From assembly GCF_006345805.1 (NCBI RefSeq), contig NC_043026.1, forward strand, positions 10,850,001-10,914,000: a stretch of 64,000 bases of DNA, in the 5' to 3' direction. The translations under genes were made by a program, and so were the position numbers. Position 1 is the first letter of the stretch. Each line of letters begins with the position of its first letter. A model generated the notes under the pieces. That model saw nothing but the letters and a program-made list of their open reading frames with translations. It had not been told where the DNA came from and ran no database searches. The stretch is from Octopus sinensis (lineage: Eukaryota). Shown here one piece after another: positions 38,901 through 48,648 of this stretch.

Positions 38901-41900
38901 AGAGTATGCGCTCTCTGGTATCGCGAGTAGATGGCTTCCAGAGGAGAAGAGTAGAAATTGCCTCGTTTTCAGCTCTACAACAATGTCCAGCAAACTGGAC
39001 TCTCCTACCTTTCACAAGAGATGATACAGGTGGTAGTTTCCCATATATTTGTATTTTGGTTGGATGGCGCTTCCGCGAGAGATTTTGAGCTCTCATAAGG
39101 AGGCGAGTGTAAGTTCCATCCAACCGCCTCTCAAGCTTCTTTGATAACATCCAGGTTTCTGAGCCATATTGTAGAATTGGTTCGACTGTGGCTTTGAAGA
39201 TTTTAAGTTTGAAATCTCTACTTAGATTTGATGAAGAAAGGTGTTATGCATGGAGGAAAGGTGTTATAAGTCCGACAGCTGTTTCTGGAGGCTTTTATGT
39301 ATGTATATTGCATATAAAGTGATGAGTTCTGTTTGTATTATTTCAGGTTATCAATAAAGTAATGGAGATGTACCAACCAAGTGCCATTGTGTTGCAATGT
39401 GGGGCAGATTCTTTGTCAGGAGATCGTCTGGGTTGTTTCAATCTCACCTTAAAAGGTAAGCAGTTTGGAATAGCCTTATGAAGGTGGAGGGGCACAAAAT
39501 CTATGAGGTGTAGGTCTGATAATGCCTGACAGAGATTGACACTTCTGGACAAAGACTGAAAAGTGTATGTGTGGGTGTTTCTTAAGGCTTGTGGGCCTGT
39601 GGTTAAAGTATGGAACATAGGATCATGAAGTTTATGAGTTCATTTCCTAGACAGGGCAGTGTGTTGCAACCTTGTAATTTTGAAAACGAATGAAGTATTT
39701 AGTAAAATATTTTTGTCATTAATCTGGTGTTTGTAACATAAATTGTTGAATTTTGATGGAAAGTTTGAAGGATGCTCTCGGTTGAGTTAGTATCAAATTA
39801 TATGTATTTGTGTTGTATATGTAAATTCTGAACCCGTGTGCATGGTTGTTGAGTGGTGGCATGTTACAAGGTGTCATATCTGTGGATTCCATATAGTGTT
39901 TGTAGAAAGCTGTGATTCTTATCTGGGGTTGGTCTGGACACTTTGGCTTCCATACAAGATTTTGTCGTTGAAAATTATCTGCAATAAATTGGTTAAACTT
40001 TTACAATACACAAAATATTATAACAATTTTTAATTACAAAAATATAAATAGTATATTTTTGAACATTTAATTTTTTTTTATCATCAGGGTCCACCTGAGT
40101 GAAATAGGAATCAAAGGGGTCCATAGATTAAAAATGGTTTGAGAATCACTGGTAGAAAGGATGAATGTGTGTGTGTCTATAGATATATGAAGGTGTTCCT
40201 GTGTGCATAATGTGTATAGTGTCGGTCTCATTGGTAGCTAATCACACACAGCCATGTCTCAACTGTTTCTCTTCTCTCTTTCTCTCATCTCTTTCATTAT
40301 TTTCTCCTCTATTTTCCCAGGTCATGGTAAATGCGTGGAATTTATGAAGCAGTGGAATTTACCGTTGTTAATGTTGGGTGGTGGTGGCTACACCATCCGG
40401 AACGTTGCTCGGTGTTGGACTCATGAGACTTCTATTGCACTTAACTGTGAAATTGCCAATGGTAAACAGGCTTTCCTTGTCATTATCATTACTTATTACT
40501 TTTAATTGTTAACACACCTGTAATAATTAATAGTAGTGGGAGCGATGGGAATTCCATGGTGTATGTCAGCATATTTGAATATCTACTTCCACTTCTGCCG
40601 ATGTATGTATCTGTCTATTTACATATTGCTGCTAAGGATTTAAAGCTGATAACTGGAGGGGGTGGGGAGAGACAAAAAAAAAGTAAAAATGAATAATAAT
40701 GGTGGCCCAGCATGGCCACAGCATTTGGTCTGGAACCTGTAAATATTCTTCATGTTAATTCAATTAATGTTGGGAAGAAAGAAAATAATTTACCTGACAA
40801 TGTACTATATGTATCTATCTCTTTCTCTCTTGCACACAGTTACCATGCAGTTCCCTCAAAATCCCTAATTCTACCAGTGGCATGAACATGTTACCCACTG
40901 CATGTACCCTTGGTGGGTCATTCTAAACTTCACAAAGCTGCCACATTGCACACTACTGGTGGTACATTTTTTTAATTTGAGAAAATATCTTATTCTGTAG
41001 CTTTTGACATGGTTTCAAGGATATTTAACCCTTCAGCTTTCAAACTGGCCATATTCAGCCCAGAATGTTCTACCTGTTTTATGTTCAAACTGACCCGATC
41101 TAGCCTCTCATGCCTACTGGACAATGTCATTCAAATCATAACCAGTTGCATCATTAAAATCTCAAAGCTTAGAAATAATACATGATAAATTCAAAACAAA
41201 GTGAATAACAAAGCATTACATTTGATAGATTAATAATAATAATAATAATAATCGTCATTTAATGTCCACCTTCCATGCTGGCATGGGTTGGATGATTTAA
41301 CGGGAGCCTACATCAGACTTATGTGCCTGATTTGGCAGGGTTTTTATAGCTGGATGCTGTTCCTAACACCAACTACCCAACAGTGTGGACAGTGCTTTTT
41401 AAGTGACACCAGCATAGGCGAGGTCAGTTTTGGCATGGTTTTGCAACTGGATGCCCCTCCTAATGCCAACCACTTTACAGCAAATCCATCCATAATAATG
41501 CAGGTAGTTTTGTGAAACGAATAGAAGTGTGATAAACATCTTCTCATATATCAGGAAATTACATCTACATTATTATGGATACATTCATTTTCATCTTCTC
41601 TGAGAATAAAATCTCTCCTCATATCTCCGGAAATTACACCTGCATTATTATGGATGGATTTACCTTTTCTGTGAAGCTAACAAACTATTTTAAAAACCTT
41701 TTATAAAACTGTGCATCATTAGAGAACTTTTGAAGTCTGCTTACAATCTAACTTTGCTTTTCAGAGAACTCTCTTCGATACTTCATGAGTGTAGCCTCAC
41801 CCACTAGGATGTTTGGAAAACTCGTATGTGTTTTGGCTGATGAATACGGGACACTTGTATTTACTGCAATATTTGCAGCTTTTAATAAAGCTGTTCTTTA

Positions 41901-42118
41901 TATGAAACAATTGCACTGAACAGCTAATCCATTCTTGTTGCTTTTTTCTTGCATATATATATCTATATTTGTTTCTCTTTCACAGAGTTACCATACAATG
42001 ATTATTTTGAGTATTATGGCCCTGATTTCAAACTCCATATCAGCCCTTCCAATATGGCCAACCAGAATACAGCTGAGTATCTGGAGAAGATAAAGTAAGT
42101 TTTCTCTTTCTATCTCTC

Positions 42119-42149
<31 letters not shown>

Positions 42150-43527
42150 AAACACAAAACACATCTGTGTGTATATGTTTTACCTCTCCTTGTTTTGTCA
42201 TTGCTTAATGTTGTAAAATATTTATTTCCAATATTCTGTGTGAACCTGTCTGGCCATGGGAAAACGGGAGGGTTGGTGACAGGAAGGGCATCCAGCTGTA
42301 GAAAATATGCCTTAGTGAATCCCAGCCAAGCTATGGTTGCATGTAGAAGTGGATTTTTAAATGATGATGATAAATTCAAGTGAAAACATTATCATCATTT
42401 AACATCTGCTTTCTATACTGCCATGGTTTGGATGGTTTGAACAGGAGCTGGCTGGATAGAAAACTGCACCAGGCTCCAGTGTTTGTTTTAGCATGGTTTT
42501 TACAGCTGGATGTCTTTCCAAATGCCCAGCCACCCTGCAAAGTGACCTCAATGCTATTTATGTGGCACCAGCACAGGCGAGATCATTTGCCCTTCCAAAT
42601 GCCAACCACTTCACAGTGTGAACTGGATGCTTTATAAGTGGTACCAGCACTGGCAGGGTCACCAAGTAACTTTGCAAGAACAAAGAACCTTTGAGAGGGG
42701 AGGGGACATTAGGGGCAGGTGATGAAAGGTTAGTGTGAAAGACAGAAGCAGGCAAAGGAGAAATATGGTTACTCGTCAGAGAAGGAGATATCAAGAATGA
42801 TGCTAAGGGAAGTAACTGGGAGTGAGCAATGATTTAAATATTGCAAATAGACAAATACCTATTTCTTTACTACCCACAAGGGGCTAAACACAGAGAGGAG
42901 AAGCAAGGATAGACAAATGGATTAAGTCGATCATATCGACCCCAGTGCGTAACTGGTACTTATTTAATCGACCCTGAAAGGATGAAAGGCAAAGTCGACC
43001 TCGGCGGAATTTGAACTCAGAACGTAGCGGCAGACGAAATACCGCTAATCATTTTGCCCGGCGTGCTAACGTTTCTGCCAGCTCACCGCCTAGACAAATA
43101 CCAGCAAGTCAAATTGTGTGGGTGTAATGTGTATGTTGTCTTTGATGATATCCTCAAAGTGTTAATATTTTATATTTTCTCCTGTCTTTCTAACTTCAGA
43201 TCACGCTTATATGAAAACTTGAGAATGCTCCCCCATGCCCCTGGAGTCCAAATGCAAGGTAAGACAGACCAATGCAATAATGACATGATAACAGTGTTCT
43301 TTGTTGTGATTGGGCACCACAGTACTTGAGGGTGTTTCTATATGAGTGAAGGTGTAACTGGCGCAAAATGGCTATAAAAAAGACAACCAAGAGTTTAGTG
43401 GGTGCCGTTTGTCAAGTATTTATATGAGGGAGTGCTGAAATGTTCCTGGCTTTGGTTAAAAGAAAATACAAGAGGATCAGTTAATTACAATTGTATGCAA
43501 CATATTCCCCTCTCAGATTCACAAACT

Positions 43528-43571
<44 letters not shown>

Positions 43572-45236
43572 CATTATGTTCAGTGCTCAGGTGTAGTTTC
43601 GGCGGATTTCAGAAAGCATGAGAGCCTTAAAGGATGCAGTGTCATGGCAGTCAACAACTGACGCAGCGGTCCTTCAGTTTTTCTGAGCCCTGTAAAAGAG
43701 CCTGGAGGTTTGTGCTTCCAACCAGGCTTTTCACGACACCCTTAAAGTCAGGGACTTTTCAACACCCCTTTGTGTGTGTGTGTGTCTGTGTTTTGTGCCT
43801 TTGTGTCTTGACATTGCACGAAAGTTGTAAATGAGCGTCACTGTTATACAAGCAGTGTCATTCATCTCCAATATTCCGCCTGGCGTCCAACCTTAGAAAA
43901 TCTGCTTCACTAAACTTGTTTGACTGATGATGCAAGCATGGAAAGCAAAAGACAAAAAATTATGATAGATTTATTTATATATATATATATATATTTACTT
44001 ATTTATGTATGTTTGTGTGTATGTTTTTTTTCTGTTATTCAGCAATTCCAGATGATGCTGTTAACGAAGACAGTGATGATGAAGACAAAGAAAATCCTGA
44101 TGAGAGAATTTCTAGTGAGTATCTTTTTCCACTCCCCACCTTTCCACCCCCCCGCTTTACTTCCTCCACCCTTTGCAGTGTTTTTATATTTTCTTCCCCA
44201 CCCTCACCTAGCCATTCCTCTCTTTCTCTAACAACATTCTTCCTCTTCATGTTTTTACATCGTTTCCATTTACTTGCCCCCCCCACCGCCCCTGGAGTGG
44301 GATGAAAGGAAGGTGAAGTGGTGATGAGGTCAGATGCAAGAAGCTAAATGAAATGGGATTGAGATGACTTTATGTATGTTGTGTTGCAGACCTTTATTTT
44401 ATTTTTTTTTTTTTTACTACCCACAAGGGGCTAACCACAGAGAGGACAAACAAGGACAGACAAACGGATTAAGTCGATTATATCGACCCCAGTGCGTAAC
44501 GGGTACTTATTTAATTGACCCCGAAAGGATGAAAGGCAAAGTTGACCTCGGCGGAATTTGAACTCAGAACGTAGTGGCAGACGAAATACCTATTTCTTTA
44601 CTACCCACAAGGGGCTAAACAGAGAGGACAAACAAGGACAAACGGATTAAGTTGATTATATCGACCCCAGTGCATAACTGGTACTTATTTAATTGACCCC
44701 GAAAGGATGAAAGGCAAAGTCGACCTCGGCGGAATTTGAACTCAGAACGTAGTGGCAGACGAAATACCGCTAAGCATTTCGCCCGACGTGCTAACGTTTC
44801 TGCCAGCTCGCCGCCTTACCTGTGTTGCAGACCTGTCAAACCCACAATAGGATTGGACAAATGAAACGATGCTCTCGAATGTAACCAAAGGATTCTTTTG
44901 CTCAGTTATCGGCTATCGCTATTAGAGGGTGTTGATTGGCTGAGTTGATAAGAGATGGGGGACTGAGCAAGTTTTGTGGTTTAACCCTTTTGTGTTCGCA
45001 TTATTCTGCCAAAATTAATGCCAAAATTCTTTATCCACACTGTTTTGAACTAATCATACATTATCTTGTAGCTTTGAGATTTTGATGAGGTAGCTGTTAA
45101 TTTTTAAAACGATATTGTAGGGTTGGTGTGAGAGACCAGATCTGGCCAGTTTGAACATAAAACAGGCAGAATACTTTTGGCTGGATATGGTCGGTTTAAA
45201 TGCTAAAGGGTCAAGGCTGAAATATTTGATGTTGGT

Positions 45237-45267
<31 letters not shown>

Positions 45268-46894
45268 GTTTGGTCGTTGTGTTTCATGTTTCTAATGTCT
45301 TCTTTCTCTTCTTTCTGTCCCACCATAAATAGTAAGGGCAAGTGACAAGAGGATCGTGAGGGACGAAGAATTATCTGACAGCGAAGATGAAGGTGAAGGA
45401 AGACGCGACCGAATGAACTACAAGCCAAAAGCAAAGCGTCCTCGTACGGATGAAGAGAGGAAAGAAGGTAAATATTGTTGTGGGCTGCAGTGTGTGTTTG
45501 TGTGTGTGTCCGAGGGCATACGGAAAAGTTCCTGGCTTTAGGCAAAGGAAAATACAGAAAGGATCAGTTAATAATGATTTTATTCATCATGTGGCACACC
45601 CGTGCCGGTGGCACATAAAAAGCGGCATCCGATCGTGGCCGTTTGCCAGCCTCGTCTGGCCCCGTGGCGGTGGCACGTAAAAAGCACCATCCGATTGTGG
45701 CCGTTTGCCAGCCTCGTCTGGCCCCGTGGCGGTGGCACGTAGAAAGCACCATCCGATCGTGGCCGTTTGCCAGCCTCGTCTGGCCCTGTGGCGGTGGCAT
45801 ATAAAAAGCACCATCCGATTGTGGCCGTTTGCCAGCCTCGTCTGGCCCCGTGGCGGTGGCACGTAGAAATCACCATCTGTTCGTGGCCGTTGCCAGCCTC
45901 GTCTGGCCTCCATGCCAGTGGCACGTAAAACGCACCATCCGATCGTGGCCGTTTGCCAGCCTCGTCTGGCACCTGTGCGGGTGGCACGTAAAAAGCACCC
46001 ACTACACTCACGGAGTGGTTGGCGTTAGGAAGGGCATCCAGCCGTAGAAACACTGCCAGATCAGACTGGGCCTGATGAAGCCTTCTGGCTTCACAGACCC
46101 CAGTTGAACCATCCAACCCATGCTAGCATGGAAAACGGACGCTAAACGATGATGATGATTTCCCTCTTCAGATTTGCACACTTATTGCAGTGGTCCTTTT
46201 TTTTTCCTAAGCCCCGTAAAAGAACTTGGAAGGTTGGGCCTCCTGCTAGGCCTTTCACAACACTCTAAAAACCCAGGATCTTTTCAATTTCCCTTCATAT
46301 ATACATCTGGGAAATTGAAAGAAACCTACTTGATGTTGGTTCATTTGTTTTTTAGTTTGGTCATTGTTTCATGTTTGTGTATATTGTTCAGTGTGTGGAG
46401 GCACATGGCTTAGTTGTTGAGGTATTTGGCTCCCGATCGTAAGGGAGCAAGTTGTGTCCTTGAGCAAGATACTCTACTCCATGTTACTTCAGCTCTCTCT
46501 GCTGGCAGAAATGAGTAAGCCCTGTATTTTAAAGGGCCAGCCTTGTCACGTTCTTTGTCGCACTGAATCTCCTTCAAGAACTATGTTAAGGGTACACGTG
46601 TCTGTGGAATACTCAGGCACTTGCACTATAATTGACCCGACCCCTTGTCATAACTGACGGAGAGCCAGGTTGTTGTTGTTGTGATTGTATTACTCTTTTA
46701 CTTGTTTCAGTCATTTGACTGCGGCCATGCTGGAGCACTGCCTTTAGTCGAGCAACTCGACCCCAGGACTTATTCTTTTTTAAGCCCAGTACTTATTCTA
46801 TCGGTCTCTTTTGCCGAACCGCTAAGTGACGGGGATGTAAACACACCAGCATCGGTTGTCAAGCAATGCTCGGGGGACAGACACAAACACACCA

Positions 46895-46925
<31 letters not shown>

Positions 46926-47238
46926 CATATATATGACGGGCTTCTTTCAGTTTCCGCCTACCAAATCCACTCACAAGGCTTTGGTCGGCCCAAGGCTATA
47001 GTAGAAGACACTTGCCCAAGATGCCACGCAGTGGGACTGAACCCGGAACCATGTGGTTGGTAAGCAAGCTACTTACCACACAGCCACTCTTGCGTATTAT
47101 TTATTTCTTTTGATGCATTTCCATTTTAATGGTTTTTTTTTTTTTTTTTCCTTCTTTGTAGCAGATATGGACCTAAGTAAAGCAGAAGGGATGTCCATGG
47201 ATGGAAGGGACAGTGATGCTGGACGGATGGAGCACTGA
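9391..47238 (+). CDS. HDAC1: Histone deacetylase 1/2 (class I, Rpd3-type), complete spliced CDS, 14 coding exons, 475-476 aa
   Basis: Exons 9391-9439, 29941-30053, 31873-31990, 32551-32625, 34638-34776, 35881-36022, 38298-38390, 39347-39455, 40321-40461, 41986-42094, 43200-43258, 44043-44114, 45333-45467 and 47162(or 47165)-47238. All introns are GT-AG with consistent phases, total 1431 nt. Motifs [51 protein letters not shown] and SDSEDEGEG are intact. Confidence 0.97.
9663..9860 (+). mobile_element. tRNA-derived SINE family A (Nin/Deu-like gcctttcatcctttcggggtcgataaa block; possibly octopus OR1-related)
   Basis: Head ggcggcgagctggcagaa...gttcaaattcc. Copies at ~1-58, 20368-20595, 22312-22600, 24961-25190(-), 36343-36790, 42855-43090(-), 44410-44817(-) and 47972-48648. 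Confidence 0.85.
13640..13905 (-). mobile_element. Tigger/pogo-like transposase C-terminal remnant
   Basis: Minus-strand peptides FEKIDPNA and [14 protein letters not shown] resemble the Tigger1 C-terminus. Confidence 0.5.
13906..14335 (+). mobile_element. SINE family C (GGTGGCACGTAAAAAGCACC modules, ggcgttaggaagggcatccagc block, (GAT)n tail)
   Basis: Copies at 15050-15240(-), 17000-17255(-), 35143-35462(-), 36055-36330(-), 45596-46158(+), 50635-50873(+), 52783-53115(+), 53357-53863(+) and 55105-55410(+). Confidence 0.8.
15770..18900 (-). mobile_element. Fragmented RTE-clade LINE interrupted by SINEs and a MITE
   Basis: Minus-strand peptides [35 protein letters not shown] and LDEMQFG, with stops and frameshifts. 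Confidence 0.75.
17631..17851. mobile_element. piggyBac-like MITE (~220 bp)
   Basis: TTAA on both sides; TIRs CCCTTTC(A/G)TTAC / GTAACGAAAGGG; second copy at 31352-31571. Confidence 0.8.
19360..19725. repeat. (CTAC/CTAT)n tetranucleotide microsatellite
   Basis: Direct reading; similar tract at 12520-12720. Confidence 0.95.
21151..21203 (-). ncRNA. Type I hammerhead-ribozyme-like motif (Penelope-type)
   Basis: Minus strand reads TATCA-CTGACGA-AGGG...GTTC-TTAC-GAAC...CCCT-GAAA-TCG-GTC-CGATA: full core, stem II and a minimal stem III, with one mismatch at the base of stem I. Confidence 0.6.
21427..21618. mobile_element. Penelope-like pLTR fragment with a perfect 57-bp inverted arm, inside (TA)n
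   Basis: Minus strand has CCTGAAGA...GAAAC...AATAAA...GAGTAC; 21501-21557 is the exact reverse complement of 21562-21618. Confidence 0.6.
27450..27990. mobile_element. Degenerate foldback/MITE-like element with internal CCCTAA motifs
   Basis: Diverged inverted ends (~27505-27570 vs ~27885-27960), an internal ~55-bp direct repeat, and aaccctaa motifs at ~27605-27640. Confidence 0.45.
28320..28810 (+). mobile_element. RTE LINE 3' remnant
   Basis: Peptides [25 protein letters not shown] and LHGCETW. Confidence 0.7.
29941..30053 (+). CDS. HDAC1: HDAC1 exon 2 ([37 protein letters not shown])
   Basis: ttctag acceptor, gtgagt donor; 113 nt. Confidence 0.97.
31136..31571. mobile_element. Two adjacent TTAA/CCCTT MITEs (31136-31347 and 31352-31571)
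   Basis: Shared TTAA at 31348-31351; the first family also occurs at ~1700-1863, 41027-41225 and 44983-45212. Confidence 0.7.
31873..31990 (+). CDS. HDAC1: HDAC1 exon 3 ([39 protein letters not shown])
   Basis: tttcag / gtaagt; 118 nt. Confidence 0.97.
32551..32625 (+). CDS. HDAC1: HDAC1 exon 4 ([25 protein letters not shown])
   Basis: tttaag / gtaagt; 75 nt. Confidence 0.97.
34370..34530. repeat. 60-bp minisatellite, ~2.5-3 copies, upstream of HDAC1 exon 5
   Basis: ctgctaataatacccaaggatgaggtggtggtgttgaactgggtgg recurs at period 60. Confidence 0.85.
34638..34776 (+). CDS. HDAC1: HDAC1 exon 5 ([47 protein letters not shown])
   Basis: ttgcag / gtaagt; 139 nt; catalytic His-His. Confidence 0.97.
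35475..35771. mobile_element. hAT-like MITE with internal ~30-bp repeats
   Basis: TIRs caggagtgtagct / agctacacccctg; degenerate 8-bp TSD cttataat / cttgtact. Confidence 0.6.
35881..36022 (+). CDS. HDAC1: HDAC1 exon 6 ([47 protein letters not shown])
   Basis: ttgcag / gtatgt; 142 nt; Zn ligands D and H. Confidence 0.97.
38298..38390 (+). CDS. HDAC1: HDAC1 exon 7 ([31 protein letters not shown])
   Basis: ttgcag / gtaagt; 93 nt. Confidence 0.97.
38766..39235 (-). mobile_element. 5'-truncated RTE-type LINE 3' end
   Basis: Open frame [17 protein letters not shown]...RRVQFAGHC...LLLWKP followed by a (GAT)n tail; a degenerate relative lies at ~33130-33350. Confidence 0.85.
39347..39455 (+). CDS. 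HDAC1: HDAC1 exon 8 ([36 protein letters not shown])
   Basis: tttcag / gtaagc; 109 nt. Confidence 0.97.
40321..40461 (+). CDS. HDAC1: HDAC1 exon 9 ([47 protein letters not shown])
   Basis: tcccag / gtaaac; 141 nt; catalytic Tyr. Confidence 0.97.
41986..42094 (+). CDS. HDAC1: HDAC1 exon 10 ([37 protein letters not shown])
   Basis: tcacag / gtaagt; 109 nt. Confidence 0.97.
43200..43258 (+). CDS. HDAC1: HDAC1 exon 11 ([19 protein letters not shown])
   Basis: cttcag / gtaaga; 59 nt. Confidence 0.95.
44043..44114 (+). CDS. HDAC1: HDAC1 exon 12 ([24 protein letters not shown])
   Basis: attcag / gtgagt; 72 nt. Confidence 0.93.
45333..45467 (+). CDS. HDAC1: HDAC1 exon 13 ([45 protein letters not shown])
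   Basis: aaatag / gtaaat; 135 nt; CK2-type SDSE motif and basic NLS-like stretch. Confidence 0.92.
45596..46158 (+). mobile_element. SINE family C copy with ~7 tandem ~61-bp modules
   Basis: gtggcacgtaaaaagcacc recurs every 61-62 nt before the SINE tail. Confidence 0.85.
47162..47238 (+). CDS. HDAC1: HDAC1 terminal coding exon ((A)[24 protein letters not shown])
   Basis: Long poly-T tract then TAGCAG acceptor; phase matches exon 13; TGA at 47236-47238. Confidence 0.8.
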
Positions 47239-47971
47239 AGACACGCCTAGGCGGGCAAACGGATGTGCTATTTATCCACAACCACCACCACCACCATCTC
47301 ATCATCACCACCACCACTACCACCATCATTGACTACACCGCCACCACCATTGTCATCACTACTACCACAACCGCCGCCGCCACCACCACGTCACGCACTC
47401 TACTTTCCCTTTCCCTCCATGGCTCTGGGCTGTTGCTGTCATCTGCCAATGAAGCCCTATTCTCTCTCTCTCCCCCCTCTCCCCACCCCCCAGATACTTA
47501 CCGTGTTACTCTTCAGAGGCACATTTCTGTTCATCTCCCTTGCCCCCCCCACGTATGTACACACACAGATACATATAGAAAAGCATATAAACACATAGAT
47601 ACACATACACATATATACACACACACACATATGTGTATACATACATAAGCGAGTATAGAAATACACACACACATACGCACACACATACTGAAATATAGAT
47701 GCTGGATACCTCTGATTCACCTATCATTTGATGCTGGAGACATTTCTGCCCACCACTATCTAGGACATCACCATTAGCAAACCTCACATCTGCACCCATA
47801 AGAACAGCATTCAGAGTAATAATAATGATAATGATATGGAAAGAGGAATATTCACTTAGTCTTTCCTCTTTCTCCCTTTATTTTGTTTTACCATCTAATG
47901 GAAGATAAAGTGTGTGTGTGTATATGTGTGCATGTGTGTGAGGGCTGATCAAATAGTATTGGGAGTATAGG

Positions 47972-48648
47972 CAGGTGGCGAGCTGGCAGAATCGTTAGCA
48001 CGCCGGGCGAAAATGCTTAGCGATATTTCGTCTGCCGCTACGTTCTGAGTTCAAATTCCGACGAAATCGACTTTGCCTTTCATCCTTTTCGGGGTCGATA
48101 AATTAAGTATCAGTTACGCACTGGGGTCGATCTAATCAACTTAATCCCTTTGTCTGTCCTTGTTTGTCCCCTCTATGTTTAGCCCCTTATGGGCAATAAA
48201 GAAATAGGTATTTCGTCTGCCGGTAATGTTCTGAGTTCAAATATTGCCGAGGTCGACTTTGCCTTTCATCCTTTCGGGGTCGATAAATTAAGTACCAGTT
48301 ACGCACTGGGGTCGATCTAATCGACTTAATCCCTTTGTCTGTCCTTGTTTGTCCCCTCTATGTTTAGCCCCTTGTGGGCAATGAAGAAATAGGTATTTCG
48401 TCTGCCGGTAACGTTCTGAGTTCATATATCGCCGAGGTCGACTTTGCCTTTCATCCTTTCGGGGTCGATAAATTAAGTACCAGTTACGCACTGGGGTCGA
48501 TCTAATCGACTTAATCCCTTTGTCTGTCCTTGTTTGTCCCCTCTATGTTTAGCCCCTTGTGGGCAATAAAGAAATAAGACTTAATATCTATGTCTGTCCT
48601 TGTTTGTCCCCTCTATGTTTAGCCCCTTGTGGGCAATAAAGAAATAAG
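47972..48648 (+). mobile_element. SINE family A multimer (one head, three ~185-bp bodies and a partial copy) inside a mariner remnant (~47938-49195)
   Basis: tatttcgtctgccg recurs at ~48024, ~48209 and ~48394. Confidence 0.85.

Noticed and set aside
45596-46000. CRISPR-like regularly spaced repeats (also 53357-53700)
   Set aside because: Contiguous tandem copies with no unique spacers, part of a SINE, eukaryotic context and no cas genes
46070-46100. CTGATGA plus hairpin in SINE C (also ~53773 and ~55317) as a hammerhead
   Set aside because: No GAAA after the hairpin; it is a variant of the consensus cctggtgcagcc
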